Shown: positions 1-8,991 of the stretch, piece after piece
How positions within the stretch are numbered: position 1 is the stretch's first letter
How the letters are laid out: each line of letters starts with the position of its first letter
NCBI GenBank assembly: GCA_041493205.1
Contig: JBGPYM010000002.1
Coordinates: forward strand, 1-40,086
Direction: 5' to 3'
DNA length: 40,086 nt
DNA from: Bacteroidota bacterium
Lineage (GTDB): Bacteria; Bacteroidota; Ignavibacteria; UBA10030; UBA6906
Program-made: the position numbers and the translations under genes
The notes under the pieces: generated by a model
The model's input: only the letters and a program-made list of their open reading frames with translations
Databases searched by the model: none
Told to the model about the DNA's origin: nothing

Positions 1-1
1 C

Positions 2-334
2 CGCATGAGTGACGAGGGGATGTCATCCGGCCTCTACTATCCGGGTTTGCTTGCATTTGCCGACGGGCTTGTGGTCTGGGACTATTTCTATCTCGAGGGC
101 CGCTCGCCCGCCACGTCGGAACAGGTGGCAAAGTTCTTCGTGAGAAGGTACGGCGCAGACCGGATCATCATATCCGTCGGTCTCTGGGGCAAAGGGACAC
201 CTGTCAGTCCGGAGGAGCTCGCCGGCGCCGTTCGGTTCTCGCTTGCGGGGGGTGCCCAGCGTCTCTGGATAACGCCGAACCATCTCATCACCGAAGAACA
301 CTGGAAGGCGCTGCGGGATATCTACACTCATTGA
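2..334 (+). CDS. C-terminal fragment of a conserved hypothetical protein (5' end lies outside the window)
   Basis: Frame 2 is open from the window edge to TGA at 332-334. The track product starts at an internal Met (position 5). I can name no diagnostic motif. The 3' end overlaps the convergent gene by 7 nt. Confidence 0.5.
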   Translation, partial: RMSDEGMSSGLYYPGLLAFADGLVVWDYFYLEGRSPATSEQVAKFFVRRYGADRIIISVGLWGKGTPVSPEELAGAVRFSLAGGAQRLWITPNHLITEEHWKALRDIYTH

Positions 335-861
335 TGCAAGGCTTCCCTGAAATCCCTCACGACGTAATAAACACCCGCCCCGAGCGCGGAAAGACAGATG
401 AGTATACCCAGCCAGTAGACCGTCCCGCCGAGAATCTCCGCCGTATCCTGATCGCCGTTGAGCAGCCAGTTCCAGTCGTGAATCAGGCCCGCTGCAAGCA
501 GTTTGAGCTTGCGATAGGGGGCATCCTTGATGTAGACGCTCACGTTGACCATGTTCTCGCCGAGCCAGAACCCCGGGTACCAGATCTGACTGATGTTTGC
601 GCGCCAGACGACAACGAGCAGCGCGAGGGGAATCAGCACCTGGGTGAGTGATCCGCCCAGGATGTAAAGCCATTGACCCAGGATCTTGAAAAAGAGGTGG
701 CCCGCCTCATGTATGAACAGATTGATCGTGTCGAGCATCCAGAGCGCGAACGGGGGAGAGTATCCCGGTCGGGCCGGCTCATACCCCGTCAGGAGGAAGA
801 TGCAGAGATAGCCGCAATAGGCTATGACGAGAAGTTTCAGGACGAGAATGGCTCGTTGCAT
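328..861 (-). CDS. Integral membrane protein with an HExxH motif; putative M50B-like zinc metalloprotease
   Basis: 177 aa with several hydrophobic helices. HEAGH sits inside a hydrophobic segment (NLFIHEAGHLFFKILG), as in Peptidase_M50B-like proteins. The ATG directly abuts the DinB-family stop (TGAATG). Confidence 0.6.
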   Translation of the reverse strand: MQRAILVLKLLVIAYCGYLCIFLLTGYEPARPGYSPPFALWMLDTINLFIHEAGHLFFKILGQWLYILGGSLTQVLIPLALLVVVWRANISQIWYPGFWLGENMVNVSVYIKDAPYRKLKLLAAGLIHDWNWLLNGDQDTAEILGGTVYWLGILICLSALGAGVYYVVRDFREALHQ

Positions 862-1365
862 TCAGGTGAGTTTGGCAGTTTCCCGGTGGAATGCCATCAG
901 CCCCATGGCGGCGGGCGTGTATCCGAGCTGACGCATAAGAACTGCGATCTGTCCGCGGTGATAGGAAGAGTGATCCACCACGTGCTGAAACCCCTGCCAG
1001 AACTGGTGCATGTAAGTCCGGCCGGAAGCCACGGTCATCGTGAACGTGTCCTGCAATTTCCTGTCTGACAGCCCGCCCAGAAACTTCGCCATGTCGAACC
1101 CCGTCTTCTCCCAGAGCGCTTTGACATCTGCAAACGCCGGCACGTCCGACGGCGCCACCATGGCTTTGTCCGGCGACCCCGCCATCCTGCTCAGCCATAT
1201 CTTTTCGGCCGCAACCATATGCGTCAGGGTGCCATGGATGCTCCCGTGGCCGGTCTTGAGGTCCCTTGCATAATCTTCGCCGGAGACCGTTTCCACGGCT
1301 GCGAACACCCGGTTGTTCGCCCATGCATTGTAGGCAAGCAACAATTTCACTTCCTGGAGGGTCAT
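862..1365 (-). CDS. DinB-family (DinB/YfiT-like) damage-inducible protein
   Basis: 167 aa. The N-terminus LLAYNAWANNRVF and the His-rich motifs HGTLTHM and HVVDHSSYHRGQI are typical of the DinB four-helix-bundle metalloproteins. Confidence 0.8.
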   Translation of the reverse strand: MTLQEVKLLLAYNAWANNRVFAAVETVSGEDYARDLKTGHGSIHGTLTHMVAAEKIWLSRMAGSPDKAMVAPSDVPAFADVKALWEKTGFDMAKFLGGLSDRKLQDTFTMTVASGRTYMHQFWQGFQHVVDHSSYHRGQIAVLMRQLGYTPAAMGLMAFHRETAKLT

Positions 1366-1397
1366 GGCTGCCTCGCGTTATTCAAGGAACGGTCGGA

Positions 1398-4013
1398 TCA
1401 GGTTGTGCGCGCTTTCTTCTGTAACGCAGCGAGAGTCTGCAATGCCTCGAGCGGCGTCAGTGCGTCAAGGTCGAGATGGGCCAGTTCGTCCCGGAGGGCA
1501 TCGTCTTTCAGTTCAAAAAGCGTCATCTGAACGTTCCCTCCGGCGATCCTCCCTTTCTTCTTTCCGCCGCGCGTGTCATCATGAACGCTCAGCTCCGATC
1601 CTTCGAGGTTTTTCAGAATATCCTGCGCGCGTTCCGTGACCGCCGGCGGAAGACCCGCCATCCGGGCGACGTGAATACCGTACGAATGGTCGGCAAATCC
1701 GGGAGAGACCTTGTGAAGGAAGACGACCCTGTCTCCGTATTCGCGGACATCCACTTTGAAGTTGCGGATGCGCGGGAAGAGATCGGCCAGCTCGTTCAGT
1801 TCGTGATAATGAGTGGCAAAAAGAGTCCGGGCGCCGACGCGTTCGTGGAGATACTCAGTGAGTGACCACGCGATGCTGATGCCGTCGAATGTGCTGGTGC
1901 CCCTGCCGACCTCGTCAAGCAATATCAGGCTCCTGGGGGTGGCCGAATTCACGATGTGGGCCGCTTCATGCATTTCAACAAGAAATGTGCTCTCCCCCGA
2001 GGCGATATTGTCGCTTGCGCCTACCCGCGTGAAAATGCGGTCCACAATGCCCACCGATGCCTTCCGTGCAGGGACGAAACTTCCCACCTGCGCCAGGAGG
2101 ACAATCAGTCCGACCTGGCGAAGATAGCTCGACTTCCCGCTCATGTTCGGGCCGGTGATGATGAGGATCTGGTCGGTCCCGGTGTCGAGGTGAACGTCAT
2201 TGGGACTGTACCGCTCTCCGGGCGGCAGGAGCCGTTCGATGACCGGGTGGCGGCCGTCCACGATGTCGAGGATCGTGGAATCGTTCACCTCGGGACAGGT
2301 GTACTCCAGTTCGCCGGCCGCCCGCGCAAAGGAACAGAGACAGTCGAGCGCGCCGATGTGCCGTCCGTCTTCCTGGATTGCTGCAGCCCGGGCGGCGACC
2401 TGCATCCTGAGATCGTTGAAGATCTGCGTTTCAAGCGCCAGCATCCGTTCCTCAGCATGGAGGATCCGGTCTTCCTGCTCTTTCAGAGCGGGGGTGATGT
2501 ACCGTTCCGCGTTGGTCAGCGTCTGCTTCCGCAGGTAATCGGCCGGGATTTTTTCCCGGTGGGTATTCGTAATCTCGATGTAGTAGCCAAAGACGTTATT
2601 AAATCCGACTTTCAGCGATCCGATCCCGGTGCGCTCCCGTTCCTGCTTTTGCAGATCGGCAATCCATTGCTTGCCGTGCGAGGACGTCGCACGCAGCTCG
2701 TCAAGATCGGCATTGAATCCCTTTCGGATGACTCCGCCTTCGGCCAGCGTTGCGGGAGGGTCCGGTTCAACGGCTGCGTCAATCAGGCCCACGATTTCAG
2801 GGAGGGGAAGCAGGCCATCGCGGAGCTCGCTCAGGAGGGGGGAAGCAGCCGGGCCGAGCCCGGCACGGAGTTCGGCAACGGCTTCCAGGATATGCCGGAG
2901 ACCAACCATGTCGCGCGGACTCGCGCGGCCGGTGCATATTTTGGTCGTCAGCCGCTCGATGTCGCCGATGCGTTCAAGGACCGCGCACAGCGCGTTGAGA
3001 AGATCCTGCATGCTCACCAGTTCTGTGACCGCTGCATGGCGCCGGCGGATGGGATCAACCCGGTTGAGCGGATTGTTGATCCACTGTTTGAGAAGCCGGC
3101 CTCCCATGGGAGTGAGCGTCCGGTCAAGGACGGAGCAGAGCGTGCCTTCCTGCGATCCGCCGAGAGAGGAGGTAATCTCGAGGTTCCGTTTTGTGGAGGC
3201 ATCCAGCGCAATATGATCCCCCACCTCGTACGGCATGATCGAGCGTATGTGGAGAAGGTTTTGCTGCTGGGTCTCCTGCAGGTAGTTCATGACAACGCCT
3301 GCCGCCGTTGCGGCCGTCTGCGTCTCTTCCAGGCCGAACCCTTTGAGTGACTTCGTCTGCAACTGGCGGGTCAGGAGTTCGTAGGCGTAGTCGAATGTCA
3401 CGACCCAGTCTTCGACCGGCGTGTACAGCCCGGAAAACGTCGTCGCAAGGATCTCCTTCAGTGCGTTGAGGTCCCTTTTCTGGACCAGAATCTCCGCGGG
3501 GGCGATGGAGGCGACCTGCTCGGGGAGGCGGCGCAGGGGAAATTCGCCCGCGCGGAATTCGGCCGTGGAGACGTCCACGAACGCGAAACCGACAGTATCT
3601 GTTCCGGTGGCGAGGGGGGAGGAAAGGGCGATGGCTGCGAGGTAGTTGTTCTGTTTCTGTTCCAGTACCCGGTCGGAAAATGCGACGCCCGGCGTGACCA
3701 CCTCGATCACTTCACGCTTGACGATTCCCCTGGCAAACCGGGGGTCCTCCATCTGTTCGCAGACCGCAACGCGATACCCCGCCTTGAGAAGCTTCGGGAG
3801 GTAGGCATCAAGCGCGTGGTGAGGGAATCCGGCGAGCGGTATCTCTCCGGCAGCGCCGTTGCCCCGCCTCGTCAACGTTATACCCAGAACGCGCGCAGTG
3901 ATTTTTGCATCTTCTTCGAACGTCTCAAAGAAATCCCCCATCCGGAATAACAGTATGGTCCCGGGGTACTTTGCCTTCACCTGGGCATACTGCTTCATGA
4001 GGGGGGTAGACAT
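1398..4013 (-). CDS. mutS: DNA mismatch repair protein MutS
   Basis: 871 aa. N-terminus TPLMKQYAQVKAKYPGTILLFRMGDFFETF, Walker A GPNMSGKSSYLRQ, and LILLDEVGRGTSTFDG. Confidence 0.97.
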   Translation of the reverse strand: MSTPLMKQYAQVKAKYPGTILLFRMGDFFETFEEDAKITARVLGITLTRRGNGAAGEIPLAGFPHHALDAYLPKLLKAGYRVAVCEQMEDPRFARGIVKREVIEVVTPGVAFSDRVLEQKQNNYLAAIALSSPLATGTDTVGFAFVDVSTAEFRAGEFPLRRLPEQVASIAPAEILVQKRDLNALKEILATTFSGLYTPVEDWVVTFDYAYELLTRQLQTKSLKGFGLEETQTAATAAGVVMNYLQETQQQNLLHIRSIMPYEVGDHIALDASTKRNLEITSSLGGSQEGTLCSVLDRTLTPMGGRLLKQWINNPLNRVDPIRRRHAAVTELVSMQDLLNALCAVLERIGDIERLTTKICTGRASPRDMVGLRHILEAVAELRAGLGPAASPLLSELRDGLLPLPEIVGLIDAAVEPDPPATLAEGGVIRKGFNADLDELRATSSHGKQWIADLQKQERERTGIGSLKVGFNNVFGYYIEITNTHREKIPADYLRKQTLTNAERYITPALKEQEDRILHAEERMLALETQIFNDLRMQVAARAAAIQEDGRHIGALDCLCSFARAAGELEYTCPEVNDSTILDIVDGRHPVIERLLPPGERYSPNDVHLDTGTDQILIITGPNMSGKSSYLRQVGLIVLLAQVGSFVPARKASVGIVDRIFTRVGASDNIASGESTFLVEMHEAAHIVNSATPRSLILLDEVGRGTSTFDGISIAWSLTEYLHERVGARTLFATHYHELNELADLFPRIRNFKVDVREYGDRVVFLHKVSPGFADHSYGIHVARMAGLPPAVTERAQDILKNLEGSELSVHDDTRGGKKKGRIAGGNVQMTLFELKDDALRDELAHLDLDALTPLEALQTLAALQKKARTT

Positions 4014-4018
4014 GAAAG

Positions 4019-4047
4019 AATTAACGGAAATCGGCCGGGAAAATCAA
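4019..4047 (-). promoter_or_regulatory. Candidate sigma70-type promoter of mutS, leaderless geometry
   Basis: Minus strand reads TTGATT (4042-4047), a 17-nt spacer, TTAATT (4019-4024), 5 nt, then ATG (4011-4013). The -10 element is weak. Confidence 0.35.
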
Positions 4048-4054
4048 CGAAGCG

Positions 4055-4088
4055 AAAAGGGGAGAACGGTTCCCCGTTCTCCCCTTTG
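4055..4088 (-). terminator. Rho-independent terminator after the pilin-like operon
   Basis: Perfect 14-bp stem AAAGGGGAGAACGG (4056-4069) / CCGTTCTCCCCTTT (4074-4087) with a 4-nt loop. On the minus strand the stem runs into TTTT. It lies 21 nt past the stop of the 446-aa gene. Confidence 0.8.
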
Positions 4089-4108
4089 AAGGGATCAGCA
4101 ACGCGTTC

Positions 4109-5449
4109 TTACTGGAAGTCCATTATTCTGTAGCTCTCCCACCAGTTCAGGATCGCGTACGTCTTCCTGGTAAATCCCGGGTACGACGGCGGACGGAACG
4201 AAAGATCGGAGAGCCGGTCGTCGTAGCGATACCGTTTGTAAAACCCGCTCGCAAGAGTGGACGCACCTGTAAACGTACCGACCGGGCCGCGGATGTTCTG
4301 AACGATGGAGCCGAGCACGCGCAATTCACCGTTGACGGGACGGGAACTGTAATTTTCGGATCCGAATGAGCCCGTGCGTGCAAAGATGCTCCCATCGATC
4401 TGTCGGTTCCCGTTCACAGGGACATTGTCCGCGACCCACACGTTATTGTTGGCGACGAGACCGAGGAGGTCATCGCTCGCGCCGTTCCGGGGGTTCTGTT
4501 CGTATTTGATGTCGCCCTGTATATAGAGATCGTTACTGGTCGCCGTGGGGGTGCTGTACGATGCGATGGTCAGCTTCCCGTCCAGCGTTCCCTGCACGTT
4601 CACAGTTCCCGTCCCCTGAATAACACCATTGAATCCGGGGTCGGAGAGCCCGATGGAGTCGATTATGGGGCCGGTCTTTGTCGCACGGATGTACGCCTTT
4701 CCGTCGCCGGTGACCGCCGGGTTCTTCCCGTCCAGCGTCACCCAGATATTCCCCGTATATTTTCGTCCACCGGTGACCGCCGAAGATGCGAGTGCCGTGA
4801 GATCCATCGGGAAATCGATCCTTGCGACGCCCGTCTCGGGCTGCGGGGGATTCTTGAAAATCGCCTTGTTGGTGTAGTTCGTCCCGCCGATTTTCTGGGT
4901 CTTGCCCAGGGGAGGGATGAACCCCTTTGCCGTCGTCACTTTTGCCATATAGACCGGGCTTCCGCTGACGGTCATGTTGTCATTCGAATGGACGCGCCCC
5001 CAGACAGAGTCTCCCGTAATCCAGAACACCCCGTTCTCGATATTGGTCATCCAGGCGAAGAGAGAAAAACTATTGCTCAGTTCGGTGGACAGGATCACCT
5101 CGACCGTATCCCGGTACGTGGTGCCGTTGACGGCATACCGGGAGACGCTGCGCATCATCTTCCCCTGCGGGATTCTGTATGCGCTGGAAGTAAACTGGCC
5201 TGTCAGGGGTCCGGTGTCGAACGTTTGTGACACAGTCTCGGTACCGGTCGAACCCCATGTGGTATCACGGTAGAATTTTGCAAGGCCGACGTTCGCTCCC
5301 GCGAGTGCGAGGTTGTGCGAAGCGGTCATTGCATTGTAGGTGCTCATATTGCTCACTGCGCGCGTTCCTGCAGTGTTGAGATTGAGCACAGTGTACCCCA
5401 TCAGGAAACTGAATCCGAGTACGAATATGAGCGCTGCTTTGCCCCCCAT
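4109..5449 (-). CDS. PilX_N/TadG_N-like pilus-associated protein with a large beta-rich C-terminal region
   Basis: 446 aa. One N-terminal hydrophobic helix (GGKAALIFVLGFSFLMGYTVLNLN) is followed by ASHNLALAGANVGLAKF, as in PilX N-terminal domains. GGGGGA lies about 8 nt upstream of the ATG. It is the last gene of a three-gene unit. Confidence 0.55.
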   Translation of the reverse strand: MGGKAALIFVLGFSFLMGYTVLNLNTAGTRAVSNMSTYNAMTASHNLALAGANVGLAKFYRDTTWGSTGTETVSQTFDTGPLTGQFTSSAYRIPQGKMMRSVSRYAVNGTTYRDTVEVILSTELSNSFSLFAWMTNIENGVFWITGDSVWGRVHSNDNMTVSGSPVYMAKVTTAKGFIPPLGKTQKIGGTNYTNKAIFKNPPQPETGVARIDFPMDLTALASSAVTGGRKYTGNIWVTLDGKNPAVTGDGKAYIRATKTGPIIDSIGLSDPGFNGVIQGTGTVNVQGTLDGKLTIASYSTPTATSNDLYIQGDIKYEQNPRNGASDDLLGLVANNNVWVADNVPVNGNRQIDGSIFARTGSFGSENYSSRPVNGELRVLGSIVQNIRGPVGTFTGASTLASGFYKRYRYDDRLSDLSFRPPSYPGFTRKTYAILNWWESYRIMDFQ

Positions 5450-5476
5450 GGCGGTGTCCCCCGGTTTAAGTGTGTG

Positions 5477-6103
5477 TCAACGACGAAAATTCTGTGACGC
5501 AAGCCTTGTCTGTTGCCAGTACGACGTCGAGTAGAGCGCATTCCGTTCGCCGGCTGCGACCATGCCTGCCGGACGGTAGAGCGCATACGGGTTCTGGACT
5601 TCCATGGACACTTCAACTTCGGCGATGCGGTCGATATCCGACGAACTGACGGGGGTCGTGAGCGTATCCAGTGTCGCTGTCAGATACCGCAACCGGAAGT
5701 AGGTGACCACGCCGGCGTTTGACTGATCCGTACCGATCCCGGGGAGCTTGACCGTGCGGCGCAGGTATTTGTCCATCTCGTTCTGAGTGCGCGAGAGCTC
5801 GCTGACGGGTCCGACGCTGTATGTCACGGTGTCTATATTCCCGTTGCGGCCGATATCCGTCAGGAACGTTATCGAACTATCGCCTGCCGCCAGAATGGCC
5901 CGGGTTCCCTGCGCCAGCCCGTAGCCCATATTCCGCAGCTCACCTTCGACATACTGCACCTGCGTGATCAGCATTTCCTGGACGAGAACGTCTCCCTGGT
6001 AGGTGGAGGAGTTCTCGTACACGAGATCCTGCGCGCGCAGCACGTTGAGCAGGAGCATCCCCCCCATGATCATCGAAAAGAGAATATCCAGCATCACTGA
6101 CAT
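5477..6103 (-). CDS. PilW-like minor pilin/pseudopilin with a non-canonical N-terminus
   Basis: 208 aa. The N-terminus MSVMLDILFSMIMGGMLLL resembles the pilin helix FTLIELLVAMAI but has Asp where Glu5 is expected and almost no leader. The PilW-like core includes GELRNMGYGL and ITFLTDIGRNGNIDTVTYSV. AGGAG lies 8 nt upstream of the ATG. Confidence 0.55.
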   Translation of the reverse strand: MSVMLDILFSMIMGGMLLLNVLRAQDLVYENSSTYQGDVLVQEMLITQVQYVEGELRNMGYGLAQGTRAILAAGDSSITFLTDIGRNGNIDTVTYSVGPVSELSRTQNEMDKYLRRTVKLPGIGTDQSNAGVVTYFRLRYLTATLDTLTTPVSSSDIDRIAEVEVSMEVQNPYALYRPAGMVAAGERNALYSTSYWQQTRLASQNFRR

Positions 6104-6119
6104 GGCGTGTGCTCCTTAC

Positions 6120-6641
6120 TCAATCGAAGTGATAGTAGCCCATCACGAGGGACGTGGTGAGCGTGTCAATGATCTCGTCACTGGTCGGCGGGGGAGCGAC
6201 GCGCCAGGTCTTCATGTCCATCCTTTTCAGGTACGTCCGGACCGCCACGATGCTGCTCAGATTGGCTTCGTCCACGTACGAGACAATGAACGTCGTCCGG
6301 TACGATCTCCCCGAACCCCCGGCAACCTTGACTTCCGAGTACCTGTTGAAATCATCAAAATCGTTGAATTCGGCAATACTGTCTTCGCCCGCTTCCGGGC
6401 CGCAGGGGTACGACAGAAGAAGCGGCGACGCCAGCGCGACATCGGACGTATCGGTCACCTGGTCGAACGCCAGACGGTTCACCATTTCGCTGTACGACGT
6501 TGCGATGGTCGTCGCGAGGATACCGTCCTGTCCGCTGGAAATGTCGGCCCCGACATTCCCGAGGGAATTGTACAATCCCTGGAGGATGGTGGTCAGGAGC
6601 ACAAATGCTCCGATTGTGAGAATTGTTTGTCCGGTGTTCAT
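6120..6641 (-). CDS. Pilin-like (PilV/GspI-class) small protein with a degenerate prepilin N-terminus
   Basis: 173 aa. In the N-terminus MNTGQTILTIGAFVLLTTILQG, a Gly precedes a hydrophobic helix but Thr replaces Glu5. It is the first gene of the three-gene unit. Confidence 0.45.
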   Translation of the reverse strand: MNTGQTILTIGAFVLLTTILQGLYNSLGNVGADISSGQDGILATTIATSYSEMVNRLAFDQVTDTSDVALASPLLLSYPCGPEAGEDSIAEFNDFDDFNRYSEVKVAGGSGRSYRTTFIVSYVDEANLSSIVAVRTYLKRMDMKTWRVAPPPTSDEIIDTLTTSLVMGYYHFD

Positions 6642-6957
6642 CTTTCCATTCCCCCTGAATTATCGCTTCTTCCGATTCCTCGCACAACTTAGCGAAACTC
6701 TCGCCATAAATCTACTTTTATAATAAGAAAAATCTGTCAGCGGAGCTGTGACTACACGCACATCAGTACCACATTGTGACGTGATATCGATCTTGATAGC
6801 GTCCACTACCCTTACTGACGCCAAAACGGTGCCAGATTTATCGGGCCGATATCAGGAATTTGAGCCGGAATGGAGGTTCCGTGGAAACATCCAGGAGAAC
6901 CATGTCCGATCATAGCCCACACGGGGGAGTGTGAGGGCCTGGAACTCAAAAAGGGTG

Positions 6958-8790
6958 CTACCCGAGGATCATAAAGACGCCTTCGATCCGACCCATCGGG
7001 GCCGAGAGTTGAACGCCGGCGACTTCAGAGCGGACGTGCTCATACGTTTCACGCGCAATGCGGACGCCCTCGGCGAATCCCTCTTCCTTCGTCGTTGTCT
7101 TTCTCAGGCGCTCCATGATATCGGGGGGGACGCTCGCGCCGGGGACTTCATTGTTCATGAATTCCGCGTTCCGGTATGAGATCAGAGGCCAGATGCCGCA
7201 CAGGAGCGGGATCGTCACATGGCGGATCCTCTTCATGAACTGTTCAAGAATCCTGATGTCAAAGACCGGCTGTGTGATGACATACTCGGCGCCCGCCTCG
7301 ATCTTCCAGTCGAGCCGCCGGATCTCCTCGTCAAGATTGATCGCTCCCGGGTTGACGCCCACGCCGATGTTAAACCCCGTCGGTTCGCCGATCGGATTGC
7401 CCGCAAGATCGAGGCCGTGATTTAAACGCTGCATCACGTTCGTCAAGCCTATGGCGTCGACGTCAAACACCGCCGTCGCATTCGGGTAGTTTCCCAGCTT
7501 GGGCGGATCACCGGTGATGGCAAGGACGTTGCGGATGCCGAGAGCCCATGCGCCCAGCAGGTCCGACTGCATGCCGATCACGTTCCGGTCGCGGCACGCG
7601 AAATGAAGCACGGTCTCTATGCCGGTGTCCCGCTGCATGATGGCGGCCATGGCGAGCGCCGACATCCGTGCAGAGGCACGCGGGCCGTCGGGAATGTTGA
7701 TCGCGTCGATGCCGAAATGATGCAGTTTCCGGGCTTTTTCCACTTCGCGCGCAGGGGAGACTCCTTTCGGCGAAACGAGTTCGACGAGCGTGACAAATTC
7801 CTTGCGCGCAAGCTTGTTGGAAAGGCGCGACTTCTCGGTCTTGCCAAACACGTGGACCGCCTCGGGTGCGGTCACCGAGAGCGACTCCGCTGTGACGTCC
7901 ATCCTCTTGAGCGGACGAAGGGCACGCACGGCACGACGGATCGCCTTGATGTGTTCCGGGTTCGTTCCGCAGCACCCGCCGACAATGGTCGCGCCCGTCT
8001 GGATGAACCGTTTCGCGTACTCCGCCATGTACTCGGGGGATGTCATGTAGATATTCCGTCCGCCGATGTTCTGCGGGAGTCCGGCATTGGGCTGCACGGA
8101 GATCGGCAGCGCGGTCAGCGTTTTGAGGGTCTCCAGGGCGTCGAGCATCGCCTTCGGGCCGACGGAACAGTTGAGCCCGAGGGCGTCAACGTCCGACGGA
8201 AGAACCGCCTTGATAAAACTCTCCAGGGATGCACCGCTGAGCAGGTGCCCGTCGTCGTTGATTGTCACCTGCGCGATCAGAGGGATGGAGGTGTTCAGGG
8301 CACGTACGGCCTTGATGGCCTGCTGCAACTCCGGGACCAGGCTGAAGGTCTCCAGGATGATCAGGTCGACTCCCCCATCGAGCAGTCCTTTGATCTGCTC
8401 CCGGAATGCATCGGCGGCTTCCTCAAAGGAGAGCTTCCCGAGGGGCTCGATTTGAACGCCAAGGGGCCCAACCGAGCCCGCAACCAGCGTCCGGTCGCCC
8501 GCAACTCCTTTCGCGATCTGCGCACCGCGGAGGTTGACATCGTACACCTTTTTCTCAAGCCCGTGGGGGGCAAGTTTGAACCTGTTAGCGCCGAACGTGT
8601 TTGTTTCAATCACATCCGCCCCTGCAGCGGCGTACTCCCGGTGGACCTCGGCAACGATATCCGGGTTGGTCAGGTTGAGTTCGTCAAAGCACGTGTTGAT
8701 GTAGATCCCCTTTTCATAGAGATACGTGCCGGTGCCGCCGTCAAAGACGATCACCTCGTTCTGACTGAGCCGATCCCTCAAACCCACCAT
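6958..8790 (-). CDS. Bifunctional homocysteine S-methyltransferase / 5,10-methylenetetrahydrofolate reductase (YitJ-like fusion)
   Basis: About 610 aa counted from the Met of MVGLRDRLSQNEVIVFDGGTGTYLYEKG. The Hcy-methyltransferase domain ends in GGCCGTNPEHIKA. The C-terminal half is MetF-like. The upstream 67 codons of the track ORF overlap the promoter region and are not conserved-looking. Confidence 0.9.
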   Translation of the reverse strand: MVGLRDRLSQNEVIVFDGGTGTYLYEKGIYINTCFDELNLTNPDIVAEVHREYAAAGADVIETNTFGANRFKLAPHGLEKKVYDVNLRGAQIAKGVAGDRTLVAGSVGPLGVQIEPLGKLSFEEAADAFREQIKGLLDGGVDLIILETFSLVPELQQAIKAVRALNTSIPLIAQVTINDDGHLLSGASLESFIKAVLPSDVDALGLNCSVGPKAMLDALETLKTLTALPISVQPNAGLPQNIGGRNIYMTSPEYMAEYAKRFIQTGATIVGGCCGTNPEHIKAIRRAVRALRPLKRMDVTAESLSVTAPEAVHVFGKTEKSRLSNKLARKEFVTLVELVSPKGVSPAREVEKARKLHHFGIDAINIPDGPRASARMSALAMAAIMQRDTGIETVLHFACRDRNVIGMQSDLLGAWALGIRNVLAITGDPPKLGNYPNATAVFDVDAIGLTNVMQRLNHGLDLAGNPIGEPTGFNIGVGVNPGAINLDEEIRRLDWKIEAGAEYVITQPVFDIRILEQFMKRIRHVTIPLLCGIWPLISYRNAEFMNNEVPGASVPPDIMERLRKTTTKEEGFAEGVRIARETYEHVRSEVAGVQLSAPMGRIEGVFMILG

Positions 8791-8850
8791 GACCCTTTCA
8801 TCTCCAGATGTGTCACGCTCGGGGGGTGCCGCGGGACTCTGTCCCACTGT

Positions 8851-8878
8851 AGTATACGAAGTTTTCCTGACAGGGCAA
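8851..8878 (-). promoter_or_regulatory. Candidate sigma70-type promoter of the methyltransferase/MTHFR gene
   Basis: Minus strand reads TTGCCC (8873-8878), a 16-nt spacer, then TATACT (8851-8856). This leaves a leader of about 55 nt. Confidence 0.5.
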
Positions 8879-8890
8879 ATCGCCCGAATC

Positions 8891-8919
8891 TTGACTCTCC
8901 CGGGCGAAATCTCTATTTT
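8891..8919 (+). promoter_or_regulatory. Candidate sigma70-type promoter of pepF
   Basis: TTGACT (8891-8896), a 17-nt spacer, then TATTTT (8914-8919). The -35 lies 12 nt from the divergent -35 element. Confidence 0.5.
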
Positions 8920-8991
8920 GCTGAACTTTTCCGCCCTGGCTTCACAACAACAGCCCCCCGGGGTCCGTACAACCAGGAGTCCCATACCCAA

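Noticed and set aside
1956-3350. 464-aa plus-strand ORF, plus several 80-195-aa ORFs, inside the mutS region
   Set aside because: They lie entirely antisense to a full-length MutS with unmistakable motifs. The products are Arg/Gly/Pro-rich, as is typical of out-of-frame or antisense reading of GC-rich coding DNA. No start context is visible.
6642-6957. Unusually long (316 nt), AT-richer intergenic region upstream of the pilin-like genes, checked for tRNA, sRNA, a small ORF or a mobile-element scar
   Set aside because: I found no cloverleaf-compatible sequence, no repeat shared with other parts of the window, and only 15-25-codon ORFs without RBS support. I also could not assign a clean -35/-10 pair. 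It is most simply a regulatory or promoter region.
8791-8850. Possible SAM (S-box) riboswitch in the leader of the methionine-cycle fusion gene, as found upstream of Bacillus yitJ
   Set aside because: I looked for the SAM-I core (GAGGGA...GGCCC, GCAACC, GUGCnAA) and for SAM-II, SAH and B12 boxes and found none. The predicted leader is only about 55 nt, with one small hairpin (GGGAC-AGA-GTCCC). A covariance-model scan (Rfam) would be the decisive test.
7603-8991. 5' two-fifths of the 1095-aa plus-strand ORF
   Set aside because: It is antisense to the homocysteine methyltransferase/MTHFR gene. The recognisable PepF protein begins with a signal peptide at 8992, downstream of a promoter and an AGGAG site. 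The upstream part is read-through of an open antisense frame.
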